Assembly (NCBI GenBank): GCA_036229005.1
Contig: JAZAMN010000052.1
Span: 128,001 to 192,000, forward strand
Origin: Myxococcota bacterium
Lineage (GTDB): Bacteria > Myxococcota_A > UBA796 > CAJQPC01
Direction: 5' to 3'
DNA: 64,000 nucleotides
Shown in pieces: positions 22,160-34,089 of this stretch; the stretch's first letter is position 1, and each line of letters starts with the position of its first letter. The position numbers were made by a program, and so were the translations under genes. The notes under the pieces are model-generated. The model was not told the origin of the DNA and did not search any database. It saw only the letters and a list, made by a program, of their open reading frames with translations.

Positions 22160-23533
22160 CTACTCCGACCGATTGAACGCCGCCCGCAGGTGGCTCACCG
22201 AGTCCGAGCGGACCAGGTAGATCAGCGGCAGCAGCTCCGGCCGGGCGATGTAGGTGTAGGGGGTGCCGTTGATGTCGATCTGCTTGCCGATCCACAGCTC
22301 GGTGCCGCCGCCGTTGAAGAAGCGCACCTTGAGCACCGCGACGGGCTCCTCCAGGCCGGCGTCGGCCTGGGAGATCTCGGGGTCGATGGCGTCGGCCCGC
22401 AGCTCGCCCAGGGTGTTGATGGACTGGGTGACCGCGAGCACGTCGGTGTCCATGTTGGCCGGCTGGGTGAAGGCCCACATGTTGGTGTTGGGGTCCTGGG
22501 CGAGCACGGCGGTGCCCAGGGAGTCGACCAGGGTGTAGGTCGCCACGTCCACGCGCAGGAAGCTGAACATCACCCGGTTGCGGTAGGCGATGGCCGGCCG
22601 CAGCAGGCGCTCCCGGACCGCGCTGGAGACCAGGTAGACCGCGTCCCGGTCCGTGCGCCGCACGTAGGCCGCGCCCGATTCGGTGAGGCGGCTGCCGAAC
22701 TCGAAGGTGAGCTGCTCGCCGTCCACCATCAGCAGGCTGGCGGTGAGCGCGGGGGGCGCGAAGCCGCCGTCGGTGTCCCCCGAGAAGATGCGGCCAGCCC
22801 GCAGCTCCGCCAGGGACTTGACCGCCGCGTCCACAGACTTCTGGTCCAGGGCGTAGTCCTGGTGGTCCGAGGTCCACGCGCCAAAGTGGGAGCTCTCGTC
22901 GGTGCCCATGTCGCCTTCGGGCAGGCGGTAGAACACCAGCTCCGGGCCATCCAGGGGCTGCAGGCGGATCTCCTGCACCAGCCCGGCGGGCACCTGGGCG
23001 ACCATCTTGTCGCGCCAGTCCAGAGGGTCCCGAGCGTAGCGGGCGCGGGTGCCCACCTTGCCGCGGTAGACCGTGTCGGAGCCCGGCAGGCGCACGAAGC
23101 TCGCGCCGCCCGGCCGGTCCTTGCCCACGATGAAGGCCACCGCCGGGGTGTCCGGGTCGTCGGCGAACAGCTCCACCAGCACGCCCTGGGCGTCGTCCAG
23201 GCCGTACTGCTCCAGGTTGCCCTCGTCGACGGCCAGATCCATGCGGGTCTTCTCGCGCTCGAAGATGGACAGCAGCGGCCGCAGGGCGATGGTGTCGGCC
23301 GGTGCACTGTAGGGCGCGACCACCTGGAAGCCCTCCTCCAGGTTCCCCTCCATGACGACCGTCTCCCCCTGACCGACGGTGATCTCGATGCGCTGCACGT
23401 CCGCGCGCTCGACCTTGGCCAGGGCCGGCAGGTCGGACTGCGGATCCAGACTCTGGGCGGGGATCAGGGTGAGCCCCCCCATCAGCAGAGCGGCGCCGAG
23501 CAGCAGCTTGGACTTGGTGGTGAGCCAGCTCAT
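22160..23533 (-). CDS. DUF4340 domain protein
   Basis: N-terminal anchor; three repeats with PAD, YGLDD, L..LRA, F.VG...YVR; follows a GldG-like gene. Confidence 0.8.
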   Translation of the reverse strand: MSWLTTKSKLLLGAALLMGGLTLIPAQSLDPQSDLPALAKVERADVQRIEITVGQGETVVMEGNLEEGFQVVAPYSAPADTIALRPLLSIFEREKTRMDLAVDEGNLEQYGLDDAQGVLVELFADDPDTPAVAFIVGKDRPGGASFVRLPGSDTVYRGKVGTRARYARDPLDWRDKMVAQVPAGLVQEIRLQPLDGPELVFYRLPEGDMGTDESSHFGAWTSDHQDYALDQKSVDAAVKSLAELRAGRIFSGDTDGGFAPPALTASLLMVDGEQLTFEFGSRLTESGAAYVRRTDRDAVYLVSSAVRERLLRPAIAYRNRVMFSFLRVDVATYTLVDSLGTAVLAQDPNTNMWAFTQPANMDTDVLAVTQSINTLGELRADAIDPEISQADAGLEEPVAVLKVRFFNGGGTELWIGKQIDINGTPYTYIARPELLPLIYLVRSDSVSHLRAAFNRSE

Positions 23534-25128
23534 GCGGCCTCCCCGTCTGCGGCCTTGCGCTGCGGACCGCCTCCGGCCCCCCGACGCAGGCGCTTGACCC
23601 CGCCGAACACCAGCAGCAGCAGCGCCGGGCCCAGCAGGTTGATGAGCTTGAGGCGGGTGCGCTGGGCCTTGGTGGTGGCCTCCAGCACGGGGACCTGGAC
23701 GTTCTTGGAGCGGATGGCGATCAGCCCCTCATCCTCCAGCATCCAGTCCGCCAGGTTGGACATGAAGGCGATGTTGTTGGCGATGAAGTCCGCGCTGCCG
23801 CCCACCACGATGCGGGCGCGCTCCGCCTCGGGGATCTGCACCACCAGCCCATCGGGGAGCTCCTGGCCGGCGAACGCCGAGCGCAGCGGACCGCTGACGG
23901 ACACCATCAGGGGCCAGGCCCCGGTCTCCTCGCTGGGGTCCAGCCGCTGGTAGACCTGGGGGGCAAAGAGCTTGGGGGCCTTGATGCGACCGCTGCCGGG
24001 CTCAGACCGCGCCATCACCTCGATCTCCACCCCCGCCGGCAGCTCCGCGGGCACGTCGATGCTGCTCACGAAGGGGAAGGTCATGGTGTCCAGGTCCTTG
24101 ACCACGATGGAGTCCTGGGCCAGGTCGGTCGTGGTCGGGATGAAGGGCACGTTCAGCGGGACGGTGCCGCGGAAGCTGCCCTGCTGCACCGGGAACTGCA
24201 TCTTGCCGTTGTTCTGGCGGTCCACCACCACGTCGCGGTTGAGCTCGACGTTCCAGGTCGCCAGCAGCGGCTCCAGGCCGTGCTTGACCGGGATGGCGTT
24301 GTGGCGCGGGGGCCGCGGGTCAAAGCGGAAGTTCTGCAGGAAGAAGGCCGCCGGCCGGCCGCTCATCACGAACTGGTCCAGGGCGAGCTGCTCCTCCAGG
24401 GGCAGGGCCTCCTTGGGGCCCACCATCACCAGGGCGTCGATGTGCTCGCCGATGCCCTCGGGGTTGGACAGGTCCACGTTCTCCACCGCGTAGTTGGCCT
24501 GCAGAGCCCCGCGAAGCTGCGCCACCGGCCCCTTGCCCGCCAGCACGTCCGGCTCGCCGTGGCCCACCACGAAGCCCATGGTGCGGGTCTGCCCAAAGTC
24601 CAGCAGCGCCTTGATGGTCCGCGCGATGTCGTACTCGATGGTCGCCACGGACGTGATGGCCGGCAGCACCGTCTGGCGGTCGCCATACAGGAACGCGGCC
24701 CCCATGTAGACCTGCTTGAGCTCCGTGCGGGACTCGCTGCGGAAGGTGTAGGGGATCGGCTCGATGCCCAGGCGCGCGGCCTCGGCCATCAGCTCCTCGT
24801 CGCCGGTGGGGTCGACCACCACCAGCTCCATGCGGCCCCGGGACCAGGCGCGGAACTCCTCGAGCTTGTCCACCAGGGTCTGCTCGTGGTTGTTGTAGGG
24901 CGCCTCCAGCCCCTGGGTGAAGTAGACCCGCACGATCAGCGGCTGCTCCAGCCGCGACATCAGCACCTTGCCCTCGTGGGAGAGGGTGTAGACCTGATCC
25001 GAGGTCATGTCGAAGCGCGAGAACCAGCGGCTCCCCAGCACGTTCGCGAACACCACGATGGCCAACACGGCGACCATCTGCAGCACCGAGTTCCCCCGCA
25101 GGATGGGGCGGCGAGAGCGCGCGTTCAC
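23530..25128 (-). CDS. GldG-like ABC transporter auxiliary protein
   Basis: RFDMTSDQVYTLS, IEYDIARTI, GHGEP, LDQFVMSG, N..F..N..DWM, C-terminal TM helix. Confidence 0.85.
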   Translation of the reverse strand: MNARSRRPILRGNSVLQMVAVLAIVVFANVLGSRWFSRFDMTSDQVYTLSHEGKVLMSRLEQPLIVRVYFTQGLEAPYNNHEQTLVDKLEEFRAWSRGRMELVVVDPTGDEELMAEAARLGIEPIPYTFRSESRTELKQVYMGAAFLYGDRQTVLPAITSVATIEYDIARTIKALLDFGQTRTMGFVVGHGEPDVLAGKGPVAQLRGALQANYAVENVDLSNPEGIGEHIDALVMVGPKEALPLEEQLALDQFVMSGRPAAFFLQNFRFDPRPPRHNAIPVKHGLEPLLATWNVELNRDVVVDRQNNGKMQFPVQQGSFRGTVPLNVPFIPTTTDLAQDSIVVKDLDTMTFPFVSSIDVPAELPAGVEIEVMARSEPGSGRIKAPKLFAPQVYQRLDPSEETGAWPLMVSVSGPLRSAFAGQELPDGLVVQIPEAERARIVVGGSADFIANNIAFMSNLADWMLEDEGLIAIRSKNVQVPVLEATTKAQRTRLKLINLLGPALLLLVFGGVKRLRRGAGGGPQRKAADGEAA

Positions 25129-25841
25129 GAGAGCCTCCGCTGCTCGAGGGCGAAGGTCGCCACGTGCAGGAACAGGGCCACCACCGAGCCGTAGAACACC
25201 AGGTTGCGCGTGTCGATCACGCCGCGGGAGAGCCCGCCAAAGTGGTAGTCAAAGCTCAGGTATTGCACCAAGGGGAGGATGGAGGCCGGGATGCTGCTCA
25301 GGAAGAAGCCCACCACGTAGGGCACAAGGCACAGCAGCATCGCCACCAGAAAGGCCACGATCTGGTTCGAGGTCAGCGAGCTGGCCGCCGTCCCGATCGC
25401 CGTGTAGGCCGCCGCCATCAGCGAGAGCCCCAGGTAGCCGCCCAGCACCGGCCCCCAGTCCAGCTCCCCCAGGGTCGCCAGGGTCAGCGGGTAGGAGAAG
25501 GTCAGCGCGACCGCCACCAGGATCAGCGTCAGCGCCGCCAGGTACTTGCCCAGCACGAGCTGCCCTTCGTTCACCGGCAGGGTCACCAGCAGCTCCAGGG
25601 AGCCCGTGCGCTTCTCTTCGGCGAACAGGCGCATCGTGACCGCCGGGATCAGCAGCAGGAAGAACATCGCCGACCAGAAGAACACGGTCCGCAGCGTCGC
25701 CAGCCCCGTCACGAACAGGTCGTTGAAGTACAGCGAGAACAGCCCCACCAGCAGCAGGAAGATGGGCACGATGATGTAGGCCAGCGCGGAGTTGAAGTAG
25801 CTGGACAGCTCGCGGCGGTAGATGGCCAGGACCGTTGTCAT
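25125..25841 (-). CDS. ABC-2 permease (GldF-like)
   Basis: RELSSYFNS..AY, TMRLFAEEKRTGSLELLVTLP, LGKY, SSLTSNQIVA, RGVIDTR. Confidence 0.9.
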   Translation of the reverse strand: MTTVLAIYRRELSSYFNSALAYIIVPIFLLLVGLFSLYFNDLFVTGLATLRTVFFWSAMFFLLLIPAVTMRLFAEEKRTGSLELLVTLPVNEGQLVLGKYLAALTLILVAVALTFSYPLTLATLGELDWGPVLGGYLGLSLMAAAYTAIGTAASSLTSNQIVAFLVAMLLCLVPYVVGFFLSSIPASILPLVQYLSFDYHFGGLSRGVIDTRNLVFYGSVVALFLHVATFALEQRRLS

Positions 25842-25940
25842 CGCGCTCCCATGTGCTCGGACCGAGGGAGCCTAACTTGGCGTGGCCTCGCCTGCGCCCA
25901 CCAGCCCCCCACCCTGCGCGGGCGGGGTTATCTCCGGGCG

Positions 25941-26813
25941 GTGCGCACCTTCTTCCTGGCCATGTTCGCGACCTGCTCCATGGCCCTGCTCTACTACCTG
26001 GTCCGGCTCTTCCAGCACCGGAAGACCCACGCCCCGGACAGCGCGACGCACCAGGCCTTCCTGGACGAGATGGAGCGCTCCGTCTGGCGCAAGCTCGCCA
26101 AGCAGCACGGGTTCGGGGTCGAGGTGCGGGAGCCTGAAGTCCTGCTCTGTCAGCACACCCTCCGGGGACCTTGGCGCGAGCGGGATCTGCGAATCCAGGT
26201 GTTCGACCGAGGTCACGCTGGGCGCAACGGACAGCCCTCCGCCCTGCGCATCGCGGCGCGCCAGAAGGCCCCGGAGCTGGGCCTGGAGCTGAGCGAGGGC
26301 CTGGGCACCGCGGTGGTCCACGGGGCCCACTGCGTGACCTACACCGGCGACCGCCTGCTGGGGATGGGCCCCTGGCTGGGCGAGAAGGCCGTGCGCCTGC
26401 GCCACGAGGACGACTGGCTGGAGATCGAGGCCCGGGCCACCCCCGAGCAGCTCCCCGAGCGCCTGGACCAGGTGCTGGCGCTGTTCTCCGAGCTGGAGCG
26501 CGCGAGCCACCCCCAGTGGGTGGAGGCTGCGAAGGATCACGGGCTGGAGCTGGCCTGGGAGGGGCTCCGGCGACACCCGCGGCTGATCGGTGTCCTCGCT
26601 GGCGGGGGGATCCGGGTCTCCGTGCTGGAAGGCCAGGGGGTCCAGGTGGTGTGGGTCGGTGAGGCTGAGCTGGATCGCGCTCTGGCCACTCTCCCCGACG
26701 CTGAGCTCAAGGGAGACACCCTGCGGTGGCTGCTCCCCCAGGCCTCCCCCGTGCCCCTGAGCCAGGCGCTGGGTGCGCTGGAATCCGCCGTAATGCCAGC
26801 ACAGAGGCCCTAA
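25941..26813 (+). CDS. Hypothetical membrane-anchored protein
   Basis: GTG start, one N-terminal TM helix, host codon usage; two W...AK.HG(F/L) repeats. Confidence 0.55.
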   Translation: MRTFFLAMFATCSMALLYYLVRLFQHRKTHAPDSATHQAFLDEMERSVWRKLAKQHGFGVEVREPEVLLCQHTLRGPWRERDLRIQVFDRGHAGRNGQPSALRIAARQKAPELGLELSEGLGTAVVHGAHCVTYTGDRLLGMGPWLGEKAVRLRHEDDWLEIEARATPEQLPERLDQVLALFSELERASHPQWVEAAKDHGLELAWEGLRRHPRLIGVLAGGGIRVSVLEGQGVQVVWVGEAELDRALATLPDAELKGDTLRWLLPQASPVPLSQALGALESAVMPAQRP

Positions 26814-26872
26814 AGCCGTCGGCCGGGGTTCCGTTCGGAGGGTGGTCCCTTCATCCGAACCCGGAGTCCCCC

Positions 26873-27991
26873 ATGCAGACCTTCCAGGGCCGCTCGGCCC
26901 AGACGGACGCGCGCGCTGCCGTCCAGGAGGCCGCGGCCGAGTTGCCCGCCGACCTGGACCTGATCTTCGTCTTTTCGTCCACCGAACAGGACCCCGAGCA
27001 GGTCGCCCAGGCGCTGACCGAGCGCTTCCCCGGCGTCCCCCTGGCAGGCTGCACCACCTCGGGCGAGCACCTGAGCGACGGACACAGCCGCGGCAACCTG
27101 GTGGTCACCGGCATCCAGGCCCCCGAGTACCGCTGGACCACCGCCTCCGTCGACCTGGAGGGCTTCGACAAGGGCAAGGCCGAGGCAGCCGCCAAGGAGC
27201 TCTTCGAGGCGGTCGGCGTGGACCCCGAGGAGATGGACCCCGAGAAGCTGGTCAGCCTGCTGTTCATCGACGGCTTGAGCGGCGTCGAGGAGGACTTCAC
27301 CGCGACCCTGGCCGACGCACTCCAGGGCGTCCCCTTGGCGGGCGGCAGCGCCGGTGACGACCTCAAGTTCGAGAAGACCTGGGTCTACGGCCCCCACGGA
27401 GCCCGCAGCGGCGCCGCCACCCTGGTGATGGCCTACAGCCCCGACGGCGCCCCCATCCAGATCGTCAAGCACCAGCACTTCACCACCACCCCCCGCAGCG
27501 TGGTGGTCACCCGGGTCGAGGGCCGCCGCGTCTACGAGTTCGACGGCTACCCCGCCCTGGAGGGCTACGCCCGCGCCCTGGGCATGGAGCCCGAGCAGGT
27601 CAGCGGCGACGTCACCTTCCTCAACCCCGTGACCTTCGCCTGCAACGGCGAGCTCTACGTGCGCAGCATCCAGGCCATCCACGACGACGGCTCCATCAGC
27701 TTCTACTGCGCCGTCGAGGAGGGCATGGTCCTGGACATCAGCGACCACCACGAGATGAGCGCGTCCCTGGAGCAGGGCCTGCAGTTCACCCGGCCCCCCG
27801 AGTTCGTCGTGGGCTTCAACTGCATCCTGCGCGCCCTGGAGGCCACCGGCTCCGAGCTGCACGCCGAGCAGTCCGAGATCCTCCAGAAGGCCTGCAACAC
27901 GCTGATCGGCTTCGACACCTACGGCGAGCAGCTCAACGGCCTGCACATCAACCAGACCCTGGTCGCGGTCGGCTTCGGCCACGCCGCCTGA
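26873..27991 (+). CDS. FIST (FIST_N + FIST_C, NosP-like) sensory protein
   Basis: GCTTSGE, FIDGLS..E, LAGGSAGDDL.F, YVRSIQ, FNCILR, GFDTYGEQ...HINQT. Confidence 0.9.
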   Translation: MQTFQGRSAQTDARAAVQEAAAELPADLDLIFVFSSTEQDPEQVAQALTERFPGVPLAGCTTSGEHLSDGHSRGNLVVTGIQAPEYRWTTASVDLEGFDKGKAEAAAKELFEAVGVDPEEMDPEKLVSLLFIDGLSGVEEDFTATLADALQGVPLAGGSAGDDLKFEKTWVYGPHGARSGAATLVMAYSPDGAPIQIVKHQHFTTTPRSVVVTRVEGRRVYEFDGYPALEGYARALGMEPEQVSGDVTFLNPVTFACNGELYVRSIQAIHDDGSISFYCAVEEGMVLDISDHHEMSASLEQGLQFTRPPEFVVGFNCILRALEATGSELHAEQSEILQKACNTLIGFDTYGEQLNGLHINQTLVAVGFGHAA

Positions 27992-28003
27992 GGAGACAGA
28001 CAC

Positions 28004-29593
28004 ATGGACAGCAAAATTCCTTGGGAGCGCCGCGCCGTCGCCGCGGAGAAGACCGTCGACGTCCTCAAGCAGCGGGTGCGCTCGCTCTACAACGAGGGCG
28101 CCCAGACCGCCATCCACCAGCAGCTCGACCGCGCCCGCAAGCGCCAGGAGGAGGCCACCCGCCGCCGCGCCCTGGCCGAGGCCCGCAACCAGGCCCTGCA
28201 GAAGCACTCCGAGATGCTGGAGAGCCAGGTCCAGGAGCGCACCCGCCACATCCGCACCATCCTGGACAACGTGCTCTTTGGCTTCGCCATGGTCGACCAG
28301 GAGGGGCAGATCCTGGAGTGCACCCGCTCCTGCGCCGAGCTCACCGGGCGCGAGGTGACCGTAGGCGACAACCTGCTCGATGTGCTGGGCGTGGCCAATG
28401 ACAGCCGCGGCGTGGAGCTCATCCTGGGCCTGGACCAGGTCTTCGAGGACTTCATGCCCGAGGAGCTCACCCTGGGCCAGATCCCCCAGCGCTTCGAGCT
28501 GGCCGGCAGCACCCTCAAGGTCGAGGGCCGCGTGATCCGGGACCCCGAAGGCGCCGTGCAGTCCGTGCTGTTCACCATGTCCGACATCAGCGATCTGGAG
28601 GCCGCCCGAAAGGAGGCCCACACCAACGCCGTGCTGGTCGGCATCCTGCGCCAGAAGGCCGCGTTCGCCAGCTTCGTGGACGACGCCCGGGGCCGCATCC
28701 AGGCCGCCCGGGAGGCCCTCTCCGACGCCACCTTCGTGCGCCGCGCCGTGCACACGGTCAAGGGCAATGCCGCCTCCTACGGCTTGGAGCAGGTGGCCAA
28801 GACGGCGCATGAGGTGGAGGCCAAAGAGGGGATCACCGCCCAGGACCTCGACCGCGTCCGCGCATCCCTGGAGGACTTCCTGAGCGCAAACGAGGCCATC
28901 CTGCAGCTCTCCGGCGGCGGCACCGTCGAGGTCCCCGTCTCCGTGATGGAGAACCTGCGCGCCCTGCTCAACCCCCTCAACGCCCAGGGCCTGGCCCAGT
29001 GGGGCGCCGAGATCGTGCAGCGGCCCGTCCGCGACATCGTCGGCCCCCTGGAGGTGTTCGTCGATAGGTTGGCCGAGCGCCTGGGCCGGAGGGTAGACTT
29101 CACCCTGGAGGGCGCAGACGTGCTGGTGGATCCCCAGGCCACATCCGAGGTGCTCAACAACCTCTCCCACCTGATCCGCAACGCCGTCGATCACGGCCTG
29201 GAGCCGCCCGACCAGCGCGGTGACAAGCCCGAGGTCGGCAGACTGAGCCTGCGCGTGGTCCGCTCCACCCAGAGCTGGGTGATCCAGGTCGAAGACGACG
29301 GCCGCGGCGTGGACGTCGACACCATGGTCAGCAAGGCCATCGCCAAGGGCACCATCACCGCCCAGGAGGTCGCCGCCATGGACCACGAAGCCAAGCTCGA
29401 GCTGATCTTCATCGACGGCCTGTCCTCCCGCGAGGAGGCCTCCGAGATCTCCGGGCGCGGCGTCGGCATGTCGGCGGTCCGCGAGGCGGTCACCCGCAGC
29501 GGCGGCCACATGGACATCTGGACCAAGGCCGGCCACGGCACCCGCTTCACCCTGCACATCCCCGTCCCCGAAGCTGGAGCCATGGCCGCCTGA
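28004..29593 (+). CDS. CheA-like histidine kinase (coiled coil, PAS, HPt, HATPase; no CheW domain)
   Basis: VHTVKGNA HPt His; HLIRNAVDHGLE, EDDGRG, ISGRGVGM, GTRFTL; ends right after the ATPase domain. Confidence 0.85.
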   Translation: MDSKIPWERRAVAAEKTVDVLKQRVRSLYNEGAQTAIHQQLDRARKRQEEATRRRALAEARNQALQKHSEMLESQVQERTRHIRTILDNVLFGFAMVDQEGQILECTRSCAELTGREVTVGDNLLDVLGVANDSRGVELILGLDQVFEDFMPEELTLGQIPQRFELAGSTLKVEGRVIRDPEGAVQSVLFTMSDISDLEAARKEAHTNAVLVGILRQKAAFASFVDDARGRIQAAREALSDATFVRRAVHTVKGNAASYGLEQVAKTAHEVEAKEGITAQDLDRVRASLEDFLSANEAILQLSGGGTVEVPVSVMENLRALLNPLNAQGLAQWGAEIVQRPVRDIVGPLEVFVDRLAERLGRRVDFTLEGADVLVDPQATSEVLNNLSHLIRNAVDHGLEPPDQRGDKPEVGRLSLRVVRSTQSWVIQVEDDGRGVDVDTMVSKAIAKGTITAQEVAAMDHEAKLELIFIDGLSSREEASEISGRGVGMSAVREAVTRSGGHMDIWTKAGHGTRFTLHIPVPEAGAMAA

Positions 29594-29603
29594 GGCCGCC
29601 CCC

Positions 29604-31277
<1,674 letters not shown>

Positions 31278-31311
31278 GCCCCCCCAAACTCAGAGAGTCA
31301 CAGAGTCGGGG

Positions 31312-33612
31312 TCAGGGGGTCAGCGTCAGGGTGCTGTCCGCGGCGCGCTCCACGTCCTCGTCGTGGAAGTACAGGGGCAGGGTGCCGCCGGTCTTCCAGG
31401 AGTGGAGCTGGTCCTGGTAGTGGCGCGAGGCCGGGTGCCCCGACTGCCCCGGGGGCAACACCACCACCGCCTGACCCACGTCATTGAGCGGGGTGACCAC
31501 GCGCAGGCTCGCGATCCACTTGGTCTCGTAGCCCTGCGCCCAGTTGAACGACGACACGTTCACCGTGTTGGAGGAGCCGCCGTACTCGGTGCTGCCGGCG
31601 TTGAGCACCTTGACCCCGAAGGGGTGCGCGAAGGTCACGGCGTGGGCATCGCCCCAGGACCAGGCGCTGGTGTCCTCGCCATACTGGGCGACCAGGGCGT
31701 CGTAGGCGCGGAGCATCGCGGCGCGGGTGGACTTGTCGGCGTCGGCGAAGAAGTGGTCCATGCCGGTGTCGGTGTCCAGCAGGCTGCGGCCGGGGGAGCT
31801 CGTGCGCAGGACCAGGTCGATCTCATGGCCGGACAGGCCCTTCTCCTCCAGCGCCATGAGCACCATCTGCTTCTGCAGCTCGGCCCACACCAGGGACTCC
31901 ACGCTGCGCGGGTCGGTGCTGTAGTCCCAGCCGGCCAGCACATCGCGCACCCACTGGCCGCCCTCGGACTGGGGCTCCAGGTGCACCACCCACTCGGGCA
32001 CGCGGGCCTGGGCGTGGGTGTCCAGGGTGTCCATCTGCACCTTGCCCATGGTGGCCACCGAGTGCTGGGGGGTCTCCTGGATCAGGTCCTCGATGCGGTG
32101 CTTGCGCCAGGGGCTGAAGTAGAAGGTGCCCAGCTTGTAGGGGTCCACGCTGGCGTCGGTCTGGGGCGCCTTGGTGTTGGCCGAGACGATCACGCCGCCC
32201 TCGGGGTCCATCAGCCCGGGCATGGCCTCGATCCACCCGTCCCAGCCGTGGTACTCGGAGCTGGCCGGGTAGGGCACGCGGCCGGTGTGCCCCTTGCGCT
32301 GGGGCAGGATGCCCAGGGACTGGTAGCCGATGCTGCCCTGGTCATCGCCCAGCACCAGGTTCAGGCCCACCAGGGTGGGGGGCCGCTCGCTGGCGACGAA
32401 GGCCTCGACCGTCTCGCTGTGGTTGAGCATCTTGAGCAGCGCCGCGCTCTGGTCGGGGTGATGGAACGCGGACCACTGCATGACCAGGACGTGGTCCCCC
32501 TCAAGCTCGGTGAGCACCGGGCCCAGCTCGGTCATCTGGACCGTGTGCACGGAGCGCTCCCCCTCGGGCAGCTCGATGGTGAACTCCTGGGCCTGGAAGG
32601 CCTTCTGCTGGCCGGCCAGGATGTAGCCGTCGCCCTTGCGCTGCACGATGGCGTAGTCCAGGTAGTCGGCCATCAGGTTGGTCATGCCCCAGGCCATGTG
32701 TTCGTTGTGGCCGGAGATCACCCAGGGCATGCCCGGCATGGTGCCGCCGGCCACGTGCAGGTCGCCGCCCTTGGCCTCGACGATGTACCAGATGCCCGGC
32801 ACCCGCACGGGCAGGTGGGGGTCGTTGGCCACGATGGGGGCCTCGCCCTTGGAGCGCTCCGCGCCCACCACCCAGGCGTTGGAGGCCTCGGTGTCCGTGC
32901 CCTTGGCCATAAAGAAGTCCACGAAGCCCTGGAACTCCGGCGTGAAGCCGCCGGCCTCCATCTTCTGCACCTGGGCCCAGTAGGGGTCCACGCGCGGGCT
33001 CCCGTCACGCACCCAGAGCGCGTCCAGGTCGTCGCGGTCCAGCTTCTCGCGGAGCTGCCAGGACACCAGCTCCTGCCAGTGTCCGGAGCCCAGGCCCAGC
33101 GACTGCATGAAGATCACCGCCATGGAGTCCGCCGCAGTCCAGTCCGCGAAGCCGCCCTCCACCTTGAGCAGGCGGTACTCGATGGGGTCCTTCTTGGCCG
33201 TCTGGAAGCCCGCGTTGACCCCCTGCGCGTAGGCCGCGAGCTGGAAGCGCGTGTCGGGGTCCATCGCCCGCAGGCCGTCCTCCGCGCGCTTTTGCAGGTC
33301 CATTGCGCGCATGAACGCGTCCAGCTCGGCGAAATCGGGGCCCAGGACCTCCGAGACGCGCCCGTAGGCGATGCGCCGCATCAGGTCCATCTGGAAGGCG
33401 CGGTCCTGCCCGTGCACGAACCCGATGCCGTAGGTGGCGTCCGATTCGGAGCCCGCGCGGACGTGGGGGATGCCCTTGGAGTCGCGCAGGATCTGCACCT
33501 CGCCGGCGAGCCCGGGGCCCGTGGCGGCGCCGTCGATCTGGGGCAGCGAGCGGCCCTGACTCATGAGGGTGGTCACGGCGCAGCCGGACAGCAGCAGCAG
33601 CAAGGAAGGCAT
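31312..33612 (-). CDS. Penicillin acylase family (Ntn hydrolase) lipoprotein
   Basis: RDSKGIPHV, GQDRAFQMDLMRR, ASNAWVVG catalytic Ser, ANDPHL, PGQSGHPAS.HY.DQ; LSGC lipobox. Confidence 0.9.
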   Translation of the reverse strand: MPSLLLLLSGCAVTTLMSQGRSLPQIDGAATGPGLAGEVQILRDSKGIPHVRAGSESDATYGIGFVHGQDRAFQMDLMRRIAYGRVSEVLGPDFAELDAFMRAMDLQKRAEDGLRAMDPDTRFQLAAYAQGVNAGFQTAKKDPIEYRLLKVEGGFADWTAADSMAVIFMQSLGLGSGHWQELVSWQLREKLDRDDLDALWVRDGSPRVDPYWAQVQKMEAGGFTPEFQGFVDFFMAKGTDTEASNAWVVGAERSKGEAPIVANDPHLPVRVPGIWYIVEAKGGDLHVAGGTMPGMPWVISGHNEHMAWGMTNLMADYLDYAIVQRKGDGYILAGQQKAFQAQEFTIELPEGERSVHTVQMTELGPVLTELEGDHVLVMQWSAFHHPDQSAALLKMLNHSETVEAFVASERPPTLVGLNLVLGDDQGSIGYQSLGILPQRKGHTGRVPYPASSEYHGWDGWIEAMPGLMDPEGGVIVSANTKAPQTDASVDPYKLGTFYFSPWRKHRIEDLIQETPQHSVATMGKVQMDTLDTHAQARVPEWVVHLEPQSEGGQWVRDVLAGWDYSTDPRSVESLVWAELQKQMVLMALEEKGLSGHEIDLVLRTSSPGRSLLDTDTGMDHFFADADKSTRAAMLRAYDALVAQYGEDTSAWSWGDAHAVTFAHPFGVKVLNAGSTEYGGSSNTVNVSSFNWAQGYETKWIASLRVVTPLNDVGQAVVVLPPGQSGHPASRHYQDQLHSWKTGGTLPLYFHDEDVERAADSTLTLTP

Positions 33613-33651
33613 GGGGGATTCTCTCCTGTGGCCGTGGTATACCCCGCCGCG

Positions 33652-34050
33652 ATGTCACAGACGCCCACCTTCACCGTCGTGGCCGCCCGCATCGAGCGGG
33701 ATGGCCGCTTCCTGATCACCCAGCGCCGGCCCCAGGCCGTGCTCCCGCTGCTCTGGGAGTTCCCTGGGGGCAAGGTGGAACCGGGTGAGACGGAGATCGA
33801 GGCCCTCCGCCGGGAGCTGCGGCACCGCATCAACGTCGAGATCGGTCACGCAGTCGAGGACATGGAGGTGCAGCACCCCTACGCCGGCTACACGCTGTGC
33901 CTGCGCCTCTACACCTGCCAGCTCGCCCAGGGCTGCGAGCCCCAGGCCGTGAACTGCAACGACCTCAAGTGGGTGCTCCCCGAAGAGCTCGCCCAGCACG
34001 AGTTCCCCGGCGCCGACCAGGCCACCGTGGATCAGCTCCTGGGGCGCTGA
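33652..34050 (+). CDS. MutT/NudG-like NUDIX pyrophosphohydrolase
   Basis: LITQRR...WEFPGGKVEPGET..EALRREL; FPGAD. Confidence 0.85.
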   Translation: MSQTPTFTVVAARIERDGRFLITQRRPQAVLPLLWEFPGGKVEPGETEIEALRRELRHRINVEIGHAVEDMEVQHPYAGYTLCLRLYTCQLAQGCEPQAVNCNDLKWVLPEELAQHEFPGADQATVDQLLGR

Positions 34051-34089
34051 GCCGCTCCTGCTGAGCCCGCCATCTGGGCGGGGAGGCCC

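Noticed and set aside
31312..33612. Specific call as AHL acylase (quorum quenching)
   Set aside because: Ntn-hydrolase family is clear but substrate cannot be inferred from sequence by eye
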